A stretch of 64,000 nucleotides of DNA, taken from positions 483 through 64,482 of the forward strand of contig CALCDJ010000002.1 in the NCBI GenBank assembly GCA_937900135.1. Direction: 5' to 3'. Every line of letters begins with the position of its first letter. Position 1 is the stretch's first letter. Both the position numbers and the translations under genes were made by a program. This DNA is from an uncultured Blautia sp. (lineage in GTDB: Bacteria > Bacillota > Clostridia > Lachnospirales > Lachnospiraceae). This document shows, piece by piece, positions 48,601 to 57,205 of this stretch. Under the pieces are notes generated by a model. That model saw only the letters and a program-made list of their open reading frames with translations. It was not told where the DNA came from and ran no database searches.

Positions 48601-48616
48601 TTTTGACCTGGATTAA
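42620..48616 (+). CDS. ~2000-aa secreted DUF5057-like protein with F5/8 type C (discoidin/CBM32-like) module
   Basis: Signal peptide after AAGGAGG; repeated 'RILEI/RILELEP/QVLQITP' motifs, GSGNDIT, SHDNTS, VNQGAITEYPY, THPQYYQL, NDVRNNYYIYS, YTGVGH, FVNTIIAAY; DGNTGTWWHS..YTPRTD..NG..ASCAEL module. Confidence 0.8.
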   Translation: MRQKHKKILLAGTATTVAGVLGIGTLLTSHLTVQASPEMMPGIETIVEETSQEAPFRILEIVDDKKDAEMGWYVSGQEPYIKLYSYTDKDGQVMTFSTLEEGLAKLPTKELREQFARNITYEKDEKGEIIETPTFKDVSYASYTGANGTKEEDYPLSYTPYQEKYFLSNEDEEAQWNRIDFSEIRTVTVKGSYVENPAGTGNYTKEEQSYYPIREDNLDDAGQKLDTQGKEGLFRENIRNFLPSESPDGGGNAAYHLVFQAVENNSFNQNLKDLYDPEKKEQITQNPIWKAYNYSEKWDAKEEGNSSCYGYGYYENTYEALTARIMEDILPTAQDPEKLIKYTFPGENPSVTIETRKIPGLYVPESKLFGSGEISLPQDSSTDEIAPFDGIEAIPDGDLFGDGSFGDGSAAADDFSAMSFSSMPGANVINLSFEETTPVEPVQNFDQEDTQIFQPEQGIENPEGAFSQTPDTSAENEEISNTVNEVLGAIAEKETAGTQKNPYIYIAEELQAFPYYRYRKVGDLQFIKDTAVPYNKEHPYEPNPKSFLNISIDKNGQYLYWTPDEKHPGNWLSQELFIVTGRQPVAYEDLHSLPVDENNNSLLYGDYYYKVVESYFCCRKTVPAEGEELKPEHYQFYGWYHPSFPENEPRYLKVEKPEEATYYISDAKYTYTPGKGDYDFVPDENGEEHRVEVDHLFYRGGYQNHDWLKQYVFHLKQPTDESSQTVWDKFSIQVDTLEANAQTTFSDVNSSTDEFTDNTFSDGTEAAVIDSSARQAAISLEDYDLIYINGHLSPETANSIANANPFVPCIINQVRTAGDQSTIISEAFREYIKQEDQDQDQHYVSQQVYFFKNTWQQEPDGDSASLLNLQFFKNFNPDAEQNGTIIDNQQTEGFEEILEYIEKENQYRQIGSTDVSGANTTGFTDGTETAVLSDGTSKNRIPLLDKTLSQARAIEYILNYRHKRKDAPSGPIRILELEPGKWKKPLTAKEVLEWFGYGYTIKTCCYNQTSNNHDGSSDFMCDGNTGTWWHSSYKETDGSYHLNKSSQHTIIITMDRPNDYVSGIQYTPRTDTSQNGILKTYKLEAFDDNDQPLQKQSGEIDEQHKSEVQTLSFSTPLYGVKTIKLTFVSSFSDGGNKSYASCAELKVLFHNLQDIQIDTMTTSEFVGHIEDINTKYNMVYLGDDDSELDYLGYFRPNENVLYYHIGKEVNGYAELLGLMDHDYTVDSSGKRIGAALIGNKDPKTKTPIGTVRGSGNDITEYVKEKLVDFAKSGYPVVVAGQIYGENKTISTELVDNSSYIYDFLSEIRSFQNVYREEELSVDTIFYLNLPKPKIVFAEVNGTPPSVVGETDGSGPSKNYLTASSLTFQFEIQDEAQASPANATYDCELFLDLNCDGNFSKSEKMEDILIRENGKEILKGEEQTYQLSLNHSYTVSRTIPEEYIKLIPWKLVVTNNQRNEIRTSEIGYTKRKSSGTDMNTIQVLQITPNKDCTWNLNDADFQTLFDSIKEDFSVTIEQITVEEYEKKYKDDENYLDNYHMLIVGFGDGAAYGEKDSFYPGNFTENGVNGIMKFAKTGKSVILSHDNTSSSNYDREAGIDNPNSSKIWKGWAYYFNQVIRPLSGMDRYGITDPELSSILKKAQELSIDKTTMEWNSLLKAPFDVAYSLNGNKTQSYSETQGFTNAKLVSTTEGCPHPNNRLDNTSVSQVNQGAITEYPYKISNSFNVANTHPQYYQLALEEDSDNDGYGDVVVWYCLGTPNAQNPYYEHTPNDVRNNYYIYSYKNIIYTGVGHNKGMTEMERKLFVNTIIAAYNAQAVNPNLSFVSTQDMDAPEEDVVYYSLDHSSLEEELLFDRQDFFLKVTDNNLVGTSFGGSTMKDLKLELFIESDRGTHEEGIGDTNTKTEKLPLGIDKNIIQILNSAGIPVAPDTQGNIYVKSGNVYKFTLHNLQKYLLDENQDFKESVKLYAKVSCEYLYYGKPKTAQAIAQISINQRQLFDLD

Positions 48617-48754
48617 GGGGTAACTCACACATACTACTGCCAGAAAACCAACGGCCCTGTTATATGCATTGACAGATACCTTTCAGGCACTTTGCCGACT
48701 TTTTCTAAAATAGGGGTTCAAATATTTCAAAATAATGTTACAATATAATCATCA

Positions 48755-48784
48755 GGTACAGCCTTTTCAGAACCAGGCTGTACC
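48755..48784 (+). other. Stem-loop upstream of phoH
   Basis: GGTACAGCCT / AGGCTGTACC perfect 10-bp stem, no U tract. Confidence 0.55.
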
Positions 48785-48808
48785 AATGAACAGAAAGGAC
48801 ATTATAGG

Positions 48809-49819
48809 ATGGCAAACAGTATCATTGAATTACACGCCCAGGTGCCGGCAGATCAGGAGGGAAATGTGTTCGGACAGTTTGACGAACACTTAAAGCTGAT
48901 TGAACGTACCTTAAACGTTTCCCTGATTTCCAGGGATGGCCTTTTAAAAATCCTTGGAAATGAACAGAATGCCCCACAGGCGAAGAAACTGATAGACGAA
49001 CTGGTGGTATTAGCCAAACGCGGCAATACCATTACGAAACAGAATGTAACCTATGCGCTTTCCCTGGCTATGGAGCAGAGAAACCAGGTCCTCACAGAAA
49101 TTGACAAGGATTTTATCTGCAATACCATTCAGGGAAGACCCATTAAACCAAAAACACTGGGACAGAAGGACTATGTGGAACAGATTCGCAAGAAGATGAT
49201 CGTCTTTGGCGTAGGTCCTGCCGGTACCGGTAAGACCTATCTTGCCATGGCCATGGCTGTAACTGCTTTTCGGAATGAAGAGGTCAGCCGTATCATTCTC
49301 ACACGTCCTGCCATTGAAGCAGGAGAGAAGCTTGGATTTCTGCCGGGAGATTTGCAGAGTAAGGTAGATCCCTATCTGCGGCCGCTGTATGATGCGCTCT
49401 ATCAGATCATGGGCGCAGACAGTTTTGCCAAAAATATGGAACGGGGCTTGATTGAAGTGGCTCCCCTTGCCTATATGCGAGGCAGAACCCTGGACAACGC
49501 TTTTATCATTCTGGATGAAGCCCAGAATACCACCCCTGCCCAAATGAAGATGTTTCTCACCCGAATCGGTTTCGGCTCCAAGGTGATCATCACCGGAGAT
49601 GCCTCCCAGAAGGACCTGCCCCGGGATGCCGTATCCGGTCTGGATGTAGCTATGAAAGTCCTGAAAAAAATTGACGATATCGGGTTCTGCCAGCTTACCA
49701 GCAAGGACGTGGTACGTCACCCGCTGGTACAGCAGATCGTGCAGGCTTATGATAATTACGAGAAGCATCAGAAACCGGAGAAGAATACCCGGCGAAGAAA
49801 TGGAGGAACTTTGCGATGA
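48809..49819 (+). CDS. phoH: PhoH family protein
   Basis: GPAGTGKTYLA, TRPAIEAGE, PLAYMRGRTL, DEAQN, DVVRHPLV. Confidence 0.96.
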   Translation: MANSIIELHAQVPADQEGNVFGQFDEHLKLIERTLNVSLISRDGLLKILGNEQNAPQAKKLIDELVVLAKRGNTITKQNVTYALSLAMEQRNQVLTEIDKDFICNTIQGRPIKPKTLGQKDYVEQIRKKMIVFGVGPAGTGKTYLAMAMAVTAFRNEEVSRIILTRPAIEAGEKLGFLPGDLQSKVDPYLRPLYDALYQIMGADSFAKNMERGLIEVAPLAYMRGRTLDNAFIILDEAQNTTPAQMKMFLTRIGFGSKVIITGDASQKDLPRDAVSGLDVAMKVLKKIDDIGFCQLTSKDVVRHPLVQQIVQAYDNYEKHQKPEKNTRRRNGGTLR

Positions 49820-50310
49820 CCTTACAGATCGATTATGAAACAGACCGGGAGCTTGGCATTGATTATGCCGCACTGGCCAATGAAGTGGCAGAAAAGGTTC
49901 TGGATATGGAAAACTGCCCATATGATGCTTCTGTAAACCTTGTGCTGACTGACAATGAAGAAATCAAACGGGTGAACACAGAATTCCGGAATATTTCCGC
50001 CCCGACAGATGTTCTTTCTTTTCCCATGATTCCTTTTTCTGCCCCGGCAGAATACGATCTGGTGGAAGAGGATGATTCCTATTTTGATCTGGATACCGGC
50101 GAATTACTTCTGGGAGATATTATGATTTCCGTGGATAAGGTTTTTGCTCAGGCAGAAGAATACAACCATAGCGTAAAACGTGAATTCTGCTTTCTGATTG
50201 CCCATAGCATGCTTCATCTTCTGGGTTATGATCACATGACGCCGGAAGAAGCGTCTGTCATGGAAGGGAAACAGGCAAAGGCCCTGGAGGAACTGGGAAT
50301 CACCCGGTAA
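49816..50310 (+). CDS. ybeY: rRNA maturation RNase YbeY
   Basis: PTDVLSFP, LGDI, HSMLHLLGYDH. Confidence 0.96.
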   Translation: MTLQIDYETDRELGIDYAALANEVAEKVLDMENCPYDASVNLVLTDNEEIKRVNTEFRNISAPTDVLSFPMIPFSAPAEYDLVEEDDSYFDLDTGELLLGDIMISVDKVFAQAEEYNHSVKREFCFLIAHSMLHLLGYDHMTPEEASVMEGKQAKALEELGITR

Positions 50311-50321
50311 GGAGGGTGTCT

Positions 50322-51365
50322 ATGAAAAAAGCAACTATGATGAAAGCCTTTTTGGGAACACTGATGACCATCAGCCTTTTTGGAACGCAGGTATCTGCTT
50401 CCGATGGGGTGGATATGACACCGGTTGCAGCAGAGGATTCCGGAGAAATGGTGCAAAGCTATCTCACCGGAGAACAGGTTCCTGCATCGATTGGCAGACG
50501 CCGTCCCATTGCCATGATGATGAGCAACATTCAGGTTGCCTGCCCCCAGAGCGGAATCAGCAATGCAGGCGTCATCTATGAAGCGCCGGTGGAGGGAGAT
50601 ATCACCAGACTGATGGCAATCTATGAGGATTATGAATCTCTGGAACGGATGGGTTCTGTGCGAAGCTGCAGAGATTACTATCTCTTTTATGCCAATGAAT
50701 TTGATGCGATCTATTCCCATTTTGGTCAGGCAGTTTATGCTCTGCAATACCTGGATGCACATATGATCGACAATCTCAACGGACTGGAAATGGACGGCAC
50801 AACTTACTATCGTACAAGTGACCGCAGGCCTCCTCACAATGCCTATACCAATTTCCAGCGCCTCCAGGAAGGAATTGCCAAAATGGGGTACCGTCAGACG
50901 TATAAAGAGGATTATCAGGGACATTACCAGTTTGCGCCGGAGGGCAGTGAAACCACTTTGGAAAACGGCCAAAGCGCCGCCATGGTGAAGCTTGATAATT
51001 TCACCCACAATCATCCATGGTTCCAGTATGATGAGGCAACCGGAACCTATCTCCGTTTTCAGTTTGGAGAGCCTCAGGTGGACGAACTGAATCAGGAGCA
51101 GTTATCCTGTGACAACATCCTTTTACAGTATTCCTCTTATCAGCCTTATGACGGAAACGGATACTTAAATATTGATACCAGTTCCGGAGGACAGGGCAAG
51201 TTTATCACAAGGGGAAAGGCCATTGACATCCGCTGGGAAAAGGATTCTCCCTGGGGCATTACCCATTATTACGATGCCAATGAGCAGGAAATCCTTCTGA
51301 ATCCTGGAAAAACCTGGGTGGAGATCATTCAGAACGATCGCCTGGATTCCATTACCATTCAGTAA
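50322..51365 (+). CDS. DUF3048 (YerB-like) secreted protein
   Basis: SYLTGE, RRPIAMM, PQSGI, YEAPVEGDITR, GSVRSCR, PHN, LNPGKTWV. Confidence 0.85.
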   Translation: MKKATMMKAFLGTLMTISLFGTQVSASDGVDMTPVAAEDSGEMVQSYLTGEQVPASIGRRRPIAMMMSNIQVACPQSGISNAGVIYEAPVEGDITRLMAIYEDYESLERMGSVRSCRDYYLFYANEFDAIYSHFGQAVYALQYLDAHMIDNLNGLEMDGTTYYRTSDRRPPHNAYTNFQRLQEGIAKMGYRQTYKEDYQGHYQFAPEGSETTLENGQSAAMVKLDNFTHNHPWFQYDEATGTYLRFQFGEPQVDELNQEQLSCDNILLQYSSYQPYDGNGYLNIDTSSGGQGKFITRGKAIDIRWEKDSPWGITHYYDANEQEILLNPGKTWVEIIQNDRLDSITIQ

Positions 51366-51410
51366 CATACCCTCTGACACGTTGTGTCAGAAGTTACCAG
51401 CCTGTGTTTT

Positions 51411-51439
51411 GCATAAAGAAAATCAGAACGCTGATACTA
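51411..51439 (+). promoter_or_regulatory. Putative sigma-F promoter
   Basis: GCATA...GCTGATACTA upstream of the bofC-like gene. Confidence 0.45.
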
Positions 51440-51455
51440 GACAGAAAAAGGAGCG

Positions 51456-51833
51456 ATGGATATGCGTAAATTTTTCTGTGGTATCGGCGTTTTTTTATTT
51501 TTGTGTGTGATTTCCCTGGGATATTATAAAACCTATCAACTCAGTGAGCATCGCCGGATGCTTTCCTCTTTGGAACATACTTCTTCCAGTCAGGAAGGAG
51601 AGTCTTTTGCCCTGAGTGCCTCAAAACAAAGTTCCTCCGGGTACGGTGAATATTATCTTCAGGATCTGGACGGATATGTGGCGGTTTATTATGGAGATAA
51701 AAAAACCCTTTTTGAGGCAACCACCATCTGCACAGATACCCTCCCGGAGCCATGGAAATCCGGGGTGCAAAAGGGGATGTATCTAAAGGACCGCCTGACG
51801 GTTTACAGTTTCCTGGAAAATTATTCCAGCTAA
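51456..51833 (+). CDS. BofC C-terminal domain protein
   Basis: N-terminal TM; YYL..DGYVAVY..DKKTLFE.T.I...LP...G...YSFLENYSS*. Confidence 0.75.
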   Translation: MDMRKFFCGIGVFLFLCVISLGYYKTYQLSEHRRMLSSLEHTSSSQEGESFALSASKQSSSGYGEYYLQDLDGYVAVYYGDKKTLFEATTICTDTLPEPWKSGVQKGMYLKDRLTVYSFLENYSS

Positions 51834-51928
51834 GAGTCTGGAAAAACATAGACGAATGTAAAAAAATGTTGTAAGATAGGGAAATGAAGTAAGATAGAAT
51901 AAGAAATGACATTGGAGTGACAAAAGAC

Positions 51929-52774
51929 ATGAACTATCGAGAACGATTGAAACACAAACAGCGTATTGTAATAAAGATTGGTACCTCTTCCCTCACCCAC
52001 GCAGAGACAGGACGTCTGAATCTGCGTAAGCTGGAAGTTCTGGTGCGGGAGATCAGTGATCTGCGCAACCAGGGAAAAGAAGTGGTTCTGGTTTCTTCCG
52101 GAGCCATCGGCGTGGGAAGCGCAGCCCTTGGAATGGAAGGAAAACCCACAGAGCTTGAGAAGAAACAGGCATGCGCGGCAGTGGGACAGGCCCGTCTTAT
52201 GATGATCTACCAGAAGCTGTTTGCGGAATATAACCAGACCGCGGCCCAGATTCTGATGACCAAGAATACCATGGTCAACAATCTGAACCGTAAGAACGCC
52301 AAGAACACCTTCCGGGAACTTCTGCAGCTTGGCGCCATTCCCATTGTAAATGAAAATGACTCTGTCTCTACATATGAGATCCAGTTCGGTGACAACGACA
52401 CCCTTTCCGCAGTGGTAGCAGCGCTTATCGGTGCCGATCTTCTGATCCTTTTATCTGATATCGACGGTCTGTTTACCGATGATCCCAACCAGAACCCGGA
52501 TGCCCGCTTTATTGATGTGGTAGAAAGCCTGGACGAGCATTTTCTCAACATGGGCAAGGCAAGCACCGGAAGCAAGGTAGGAACCGGCGGTATGGCCACC
52601 AAGCTCACAGCAGCGGAAATTGCCACAGCAGCGGGAACCGATATGGTAATTGCCAACGGAAAGGATTTTCATGTCATTCATAAAATCATAGAAGGACGCA
52701 ATCACGGAACCCTTTTTGTGGGCAACCAAAAAGAAGAATTTTATCTCATCGATTACATTGAAAAACTGTTATAA
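51929..52774 (+). CDS. proB: Glutamate 5-kinase (no PUA domain)
   Basis: VIKIGTSSL, VSSGAI, AAVGQ, NENDSV, FGDNDTL, GTGGMATKL. Confidence 0.96.
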   Translation: MNYRERLKHKQRIVIKIGTSSLTHAETGRLNLRKLEVLVREISDLRNQGKEVVLVSSGAIGVGSAALGMEGKPTELEKKQACAAVGQARLMMIYQKLFAEYNQTAAQILMTKNTMVNNLNRKNAKNTFRELLQLGAIPIVNENDSVSTYEIQFGDNDTLSAVVAALIGADLLILLSDIDGLFTDDPNQNPDARFIDVVESLDEHFLNMGKASTGSKVGTGGMATKLTAAEIATAAGTDMVIANGKDFHVIHKIIEGRNHGTLFVGNQKEEFYLIDYIEKLL

Positions 52775-52823
52775 TTCTCTGACACAGAAGGGAAAATGAC
52801 GGTTACAGAAACAAGGAGGACTT

Positions 52824-53045
52824 ATGGATAATATTATGATAGACAGGATCAACACTCTGGCTCACAAGGCCAAGAGCGTGGGTCTCACAGAAGAAGAGAA
52901 GAAGGAGCAGGCTGCTCTTCGGAAAGAATACATTGCAAACATCCGAATGAATCTTCAGACACAGTTAGACAGCATTGATATCAAAGAATCAGACGGAACC
53001 ATCACGAATCTGGGTGAAAAATATGGAAACAAAAAAAGACATTAG
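52824..53045 (+). CDS. DUF896 / YnzC family protein
   Basis: IDRINTLAHKAK..GLTEEEKKEQ..LRKEYI. Confidence 0.88.
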   Translation: MDNIMIDRINTLAHKAKSVGLTEEEKKEQAALRKEYIANIRMNLQTQLDSIDIKESDGTITNLGEKYGNKKRH

Positions 53046-53586
53046 ACGTCAGGTATTCGCGGCAAGAAAAGCCTGCACCGATGCACAGGTGGAAGAGTGG
53101 AGCCGTGAGATTACCAGAAAGGTGCTGGCTCTTCCTGAATTTAAAGAGGCAGAGCGGATTCTGGCCTATGTGGATTACAATCATGAAGTGATGACCCGTT
53201 TTCTGATTGAGGAAGCGTGGAAAGCAAAAAAAGAAGTTGCAGTCCCCAAGGTCTACGGAAAAGAAATGAAATTTCACCGGTTTACCGATTTTTCCCAGCT
53301 GAAGCCTGGATATTTTGATATTCCTGAGCCTGACAGCGGAGAGATTGTGGACTGGACAGAGGGAACCATGATTATGCCAGGAGTTGCCTTTGACCCGGAG
53401 AATCACCGGGCGGGCTATGGCGGCGGTTTTTATGACCGCTTCCTGGAAAAACATCCGAAGCTTCTTCGGGTAGCTGTGGCATTTGATTTTCAGATGGTTC
53501 CAGAGGTACCTGTGGAACCTACGGATATCTGTCCCCATGTCCTGGTGACAGAAAAAAATATCTATTATCTGGAAGCAGGGAGGTAA
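53023..53586 (+). CDS. 5-formyltetrahydrofolate cyclo-ligase
   Basis: [36 protein letters not shown]. Confidence 0.93.
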   Translation: METKKDIRRQVFAARKACTDAQVEEWSREITRKVLALPEFKEAERILAYVDYNHEVMTRFLIEEAWKAKKEVAVPKVYGKEMKFHRFTDFSQLKPGYFDIPEPDSGEIVDWTEGTMIMPGVAFDPENHRAGYGGGFYDRFLEKHPKLLRVAVAFDFQMVPEVPVEPTDICPHVLVTEKNIYYLEAGR

Positions 53587-53591
53587 CTCAT

Positions 53592-54842
53592 ATGTTGGAA
53601 ATGCTTGAAACATTGGGAAAACATGCCAAAGGCGCAGAAGCTGCCATGCGGAATCTTCCCACTGTGAAAAAAAATCAGATTCTTACTGCTGTGGCAGAAA
53701 AACTTCTTGACAAAACAGAAGAGATTCTGGCAGCCAATGCCATTGACATCGAGAACGGCAAAAAAAATCAGATGCCAGACGGACTTATTGATCGTCTGCT
53801 CCTGACCCCGGAGCGTGTTGCCGGAATGGCAGAGGGGCTTCGCCAGCTGGTGGAACTGGAAGATCCCATTGGAGAGGTCACAGGAATGAAGAAACGTCCC
53901 AACGGACTTCTGATTGGACAGAAACGTGTTCCCCTGGGGGTAATTGGTATCATTTATGAGGCCCGCCCCAATGTAACGGCCGATGCTTTTGGTCTTTGCT
54001 TTAAGACAGGAAACGTGGTGATCTTAAAGGGTGGAAGTGATGCCATTCATTCCAACAAGGCCATTGTGGCATACATCCGGGAAACCCTTCGGGAGCATGA
54101 GGTGACAGAAGACGCCATCCAGCTGATTGAAGATACCTCCAGAGAAACTGCTGCTGCCTTCATGAAAATGAACCAGTATGTGGACGTTCTTATCCCAAGA
54201 GGAGGACGCGGTCTGATTCAGGCAGTGGTAAATCAGAGTACCATTCCTGTTATCGAAACCGGTACAGGAAACTGCCATATTTATGTAGATGAAAGCGCAG
54301 ATCTCACCATGGCTGCGGACATTGTGATCAATGCCAAAACACAGCGAATCGGCGTATGCAATGCCTGTGAATCCCTTTTGGTACATCAGGCTGTCAAGGA
54401 TGCCTTTCTTCCGGTTCTTGCTTCCCGTCTGAAGGAGAAGCATGTGGAAGTGCGGGCAGATGAGAGAGCCAAGGCGCTGATTCCAGAATCCATTCCAGCT
54501 ACGGAAGAAGATTGGGGAAGGGAATATCTGGACTATATCATTTCCATTAAGGTGGTGGATTCGGTTGAGGAAGCCATTTCCCATATCAACCGTTATAACA
54601 CCAAGCATTCCGAAGCCATTGTCACCAACAATTATACCCACGCCCAGAAATTCCTGGATGAGGTGGATGCAGCAGCCGTTTATGTCAATGCATCTACCCG
54701 TTTTACCGATGGTTTTGAGTTCGGTTACGGCGCAGAAATCGGAATCAGTACCCAGAAGCTCCATGCAAGAGGACCTATGGGTCTCCTGGCGCTGACCACT
54801 ACCAAATACATCATCTATGGAAATGGACAAATCCGCCCGTAG
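53592..54842 (+). CDS. proA: Gamma-glutamyl phosphate reductase
   Basis: [46 protein letters not shown]. Confidence 0.97.
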   Translation: MLEMLETLGKHAKGAEAAMRNLPTVKKNQILTAVAEKLLDKTEEILAANAIDIENGKKNQMPDGLIDRLLLTPERVAGMAEGLRQLVELEDPIGEVTGMKKRPNGLLIGQKRVPLGVIGIIYEARPNVTADAFGLCFKTGNVVILKGGSDAIHSNKAIVAYIRETLREHEVTEDAIQLIEDTSRETAAAFMKMNQYVDVLIPRGGRGLIQAVVNQSTIPVIETGTGNCHIYVDESADLTMAADIVINAKTQRIGVCNACESLLVHQAVKDAFLPVLASRLKEKHVEVRADERAKALIPESIPATEEDWGREYLDYIISIKVVDSVEEAISHINRYNTKHSEAIVTNNYTHAQKFLDEVDAAAVYVNASTRFTDGFEFGYGAEIGISTQKLHARGPMGLLALTTTKYIIYGNGQIRP

Positions 54843-54844
54843 AT

Positions 54845-54874
54845 TTGACTTTTTCCATAAATTTGTGATATACT
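54845..54874 (+). promoter_or_regulatory. Putative sigma-A promoter
   Basis: TTGACT-18 bp-TATACT with TGn. Confidence 0.6.
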
Positions 54875-54946
54875 TAATTACCGTTTGGTGATAAGATACT
54901 TACAGCGGACATATTTTTATGCAGCTCATTTATAGGAGGACTTAAA

Positions 54947-57076
54947 ATGAGAAAAAAACAATTTATGGCACTTTTTTTGACGGGGGCACTAACCGTAGGC
55001 ATGGCGCCTACTGCAGCATTTGCAGCAGAGGACGCTCAGGCGGTTTCAATAGAAGGCACAGCAGACACCGCTATGGAAGGCTCTTCTGAGACACCGGCTC
55101 CGGAAGGAGAAACCACTCCGGCTCCGGAAGAGAACACAGAAGGGGAAACCACTCCGACTCCGGAAACTCCCAATCCAACAGAACCGGTAGTTCCGGAAAC
55201 ACCGCCTACCGAAGCACCTACTGAGACACCTTCCGAACCTACCCAGGCTCCAGAAGAAACTCCCTCAGAGGAGGATACACTTAAGGAAGAAACTGCAGTT
55301 TCTCCCACACCGGAAGCCAAGGAAGGAAACTCTATTACGTTTAACGACACTACATATACAACCCTGAAGGAAGCGGTAGAAGCAGCACAGGGCGGTACTG
55401 TAGAGACACCCAGCGAGATTAAGGTATCCGGCAAGTTCACAGTAGAGGAGACAATCGTAGTTACTTCCGGTCAGGTTGTCCGCATTGTGGCGCAGTCCCC
55501 GGACACCACCATTACCAGAGGCGCTTCCCTTACTGGAAATATGTTCCAGGTAGAAGGAGGAACCCTTGATTTCTGTGTTGCAGTTCCAGAAACAGGAACC
55601 ACAGAGACACCAGATGCTTCTGCGACTCTGACAATAAATGGAACCAGCGGCTCCGGCGATCCTACCGAAGGCGCTATCGTAGCTGTTCCCAGCGGAACCT
55701 TTATTCTGGAAAGCGGCGTAACCCTTACCGAAAATACTTCTTCTAAGGAAGGCGGCGCCGTACGTGGCGCAGCAGGCAGTCAGATTGCTCTGGCAGGAGG
55801 CAGCATTACCGGAAACAGCGCTACCGAAGGCGCTGGTATCTACAGTGAAGGCACCATTTCTGTCAAGGGCAGTGTAAACGTTTCCGGCAACCAGGTATAT
55901 GGCGGCGTAGAAGAGAACAACATCGCATTAAAGGGCGCTGGTGTGATTACAGTAAATGATAAGCTGGAAGGCTCTAAGATCGGTGTGAAATTCCTGGAAG
56001 GCAAGGAAGGAACCCCGGTTATCACCCTTGCAGAAGGCGTGACAGATGTGACTCTGGCTGATGTTCTTCCAGTCTTCACCTATGAGGGAACAGACTTTAC
56101 CATTGACGAAAATGGTCTTCTGAAAACCTTAAACACCACCCCTACTCCGGCTCCTGACACAGAACCTCCGGTACTTACCGGCAAAAAAATGGAATGGACT
56201 GGCGCCAATTCCGCTAAGATCGTAGCGGTTTCCAACGAAGACGGCTGGTATTATGTAGACTGGGTAAAAAAAGGAGAACCCGCTCCTGAGCTGGATCTGA
56301 ATAAAGAAGGCGTTCCGGTGCAGGCAGACAGAGCCTTTACCATTTATCTTACAGAACTGGATTCCCAGCATGACATTGATGTATATGTGCGTGTCAAAGA
56401 TAAGAGCAACAACCTTTCCAAGAAGATGTTATTCCAGCTGAAACGTGAAAATATCACCCCTACACCATCTGACCGGGAACCAATCGTTCCCAAGGTAACA
56501 GAGAGTGTGGTACAGGGATTGGAAAAACCTTTGGAATTTTACCCGAATACCTTTTATCCCTTTACCGTTATTGGTGCAGGTACCAATAACAACAAACCCA
56601 TAAAGGGAGATGTAAAATGGGTTCCGTTGTATTGGAGTACCTCTTCCAATCCATCGGTAGATAAGAGACAAACTGCATGGAAGATTGGTTCCACCATTGG
56701 TATCCGTGATGCTGCTACATACAATATGTTTGTATTTTTCCAGAAATATGAATACGACGGTACACAGTGGCAGCAGACAGATGTTGTAGAATCTGCTTCT
56801 TATAAATTCAGCTCCAAAGCAATTCAGTTCAATACCGCTACCCCAACCCCGACCATTCAGGGACAGCAAGGAGGCGATGGTACCTATTACGATCCGGAAA
56901 CAGGAGAGCCCATTGATCAGACTGTAGATGGAGATGTCACAGGCGCAACTTCCAATTCAGATACCGTAGCTACCGGAGATGAAACCCCAATTGCAACTAT
57001 GATGATACTTGCTACACTTTCTCTCCTGGCTGGAGGATATGTTCTGGTAAGAAGACGCAAAAAAACAAATGAATAA
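54947..57076 (+). CDS. Sortase-anchored surface protein with Pro/Thr/Glu-rich linker and beta-helix-like region
   Basis: Signal peptide; ETPAPE/ETTPTPE repeats; GGAV..ITGNSA..GAGIY; C-terminal VATGD + hydrophobic stretch + RRRKK. Confidence 0.85.
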   Translation: MRKKQFMALFLTGALTVGMAPTAAFAAEDAQAVSIEGTADTAMEGSSETPAPEGETTPAPEENTEGETTPTPETPNPTEPVVPETPPTEAPTETPSEPTQAPEETPSEEDTLKEETAVSPTPEAKEGNSITFNDTTYTTLKEAVEAAQGGTVETPSEIKVSGKFTVEETIVVTSGQVVRIVAQSPDTTITRGASLTGNMFQVEGGTLDFCVAVPETGTTETPDASATLTINGTSGSGDPTEGAIVAVPSGTFILESGVTLTENTSSKEGGAVRGAAGSQIALAGGSITGNSATEGAGIYSEGTISVKGSVNVSGNQVYGGVEENNIALKGAGVITVNDKLEGSKIGVKFLEGKEGTPVITLAEGVTDVTLADVLPVFTYEGTDFTIDENGLLKTLNTTPTPAPDTEPPVLTGKKMEWTGANSAKIVAVSNEDGWYYVDWVKKGEPAPELDLNKEGVPVQADRAFTIYLTELDSQHDIDVYVRVKDKSNNLSKKMLFQLKRENITPTPSDREPIVPKVTESVVQGLEKPLEFYPNTFYPFTVIGAGTNNNKPIKGDVKWVPLYWSTSSNPSVDKRQTAWKIGSTIGIRDAATYNMFVFFQKYEYDGTQWQQTDVVESASYKFSSKAIQFNTATPTPTIQGQQGGDGTYYDPETGEPIDQTVDGDVTGATSNSDTVATGDETPIATMMILATLSLLAGGYVLVRRRKKTNE

Positions 57077-57119
57077 TTTTCCTTTCTGATTTCCCGAAAA
57101 ACAGATTGGAAATGTAAAT

Positions 57120-57149
57120 GAGAGACAGGTATGTTTGCCTGTCTCTTTT
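57120..57149 (+). terminator. Rho-independent terminator
   Basis: GAGACAGGTA / TGCCTGTCTC stem followed by TTTT. Confidence 0.75.
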
Positions 57150-57205
57150 CATATATTATAGGGAACTTATTTGGGCTTGAACAACAGAATCAGGAGGGAC
57201 AGACT

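Noticed and set aside
26510..48616. Competence (ComG), Tad or conjugative pilus
   Set aside because: PilT, PilMN/O, MshEN-PilB and large adhesive pilins fit a type IVa-like pilus; no comE/comF, tad or relaxase genes here.
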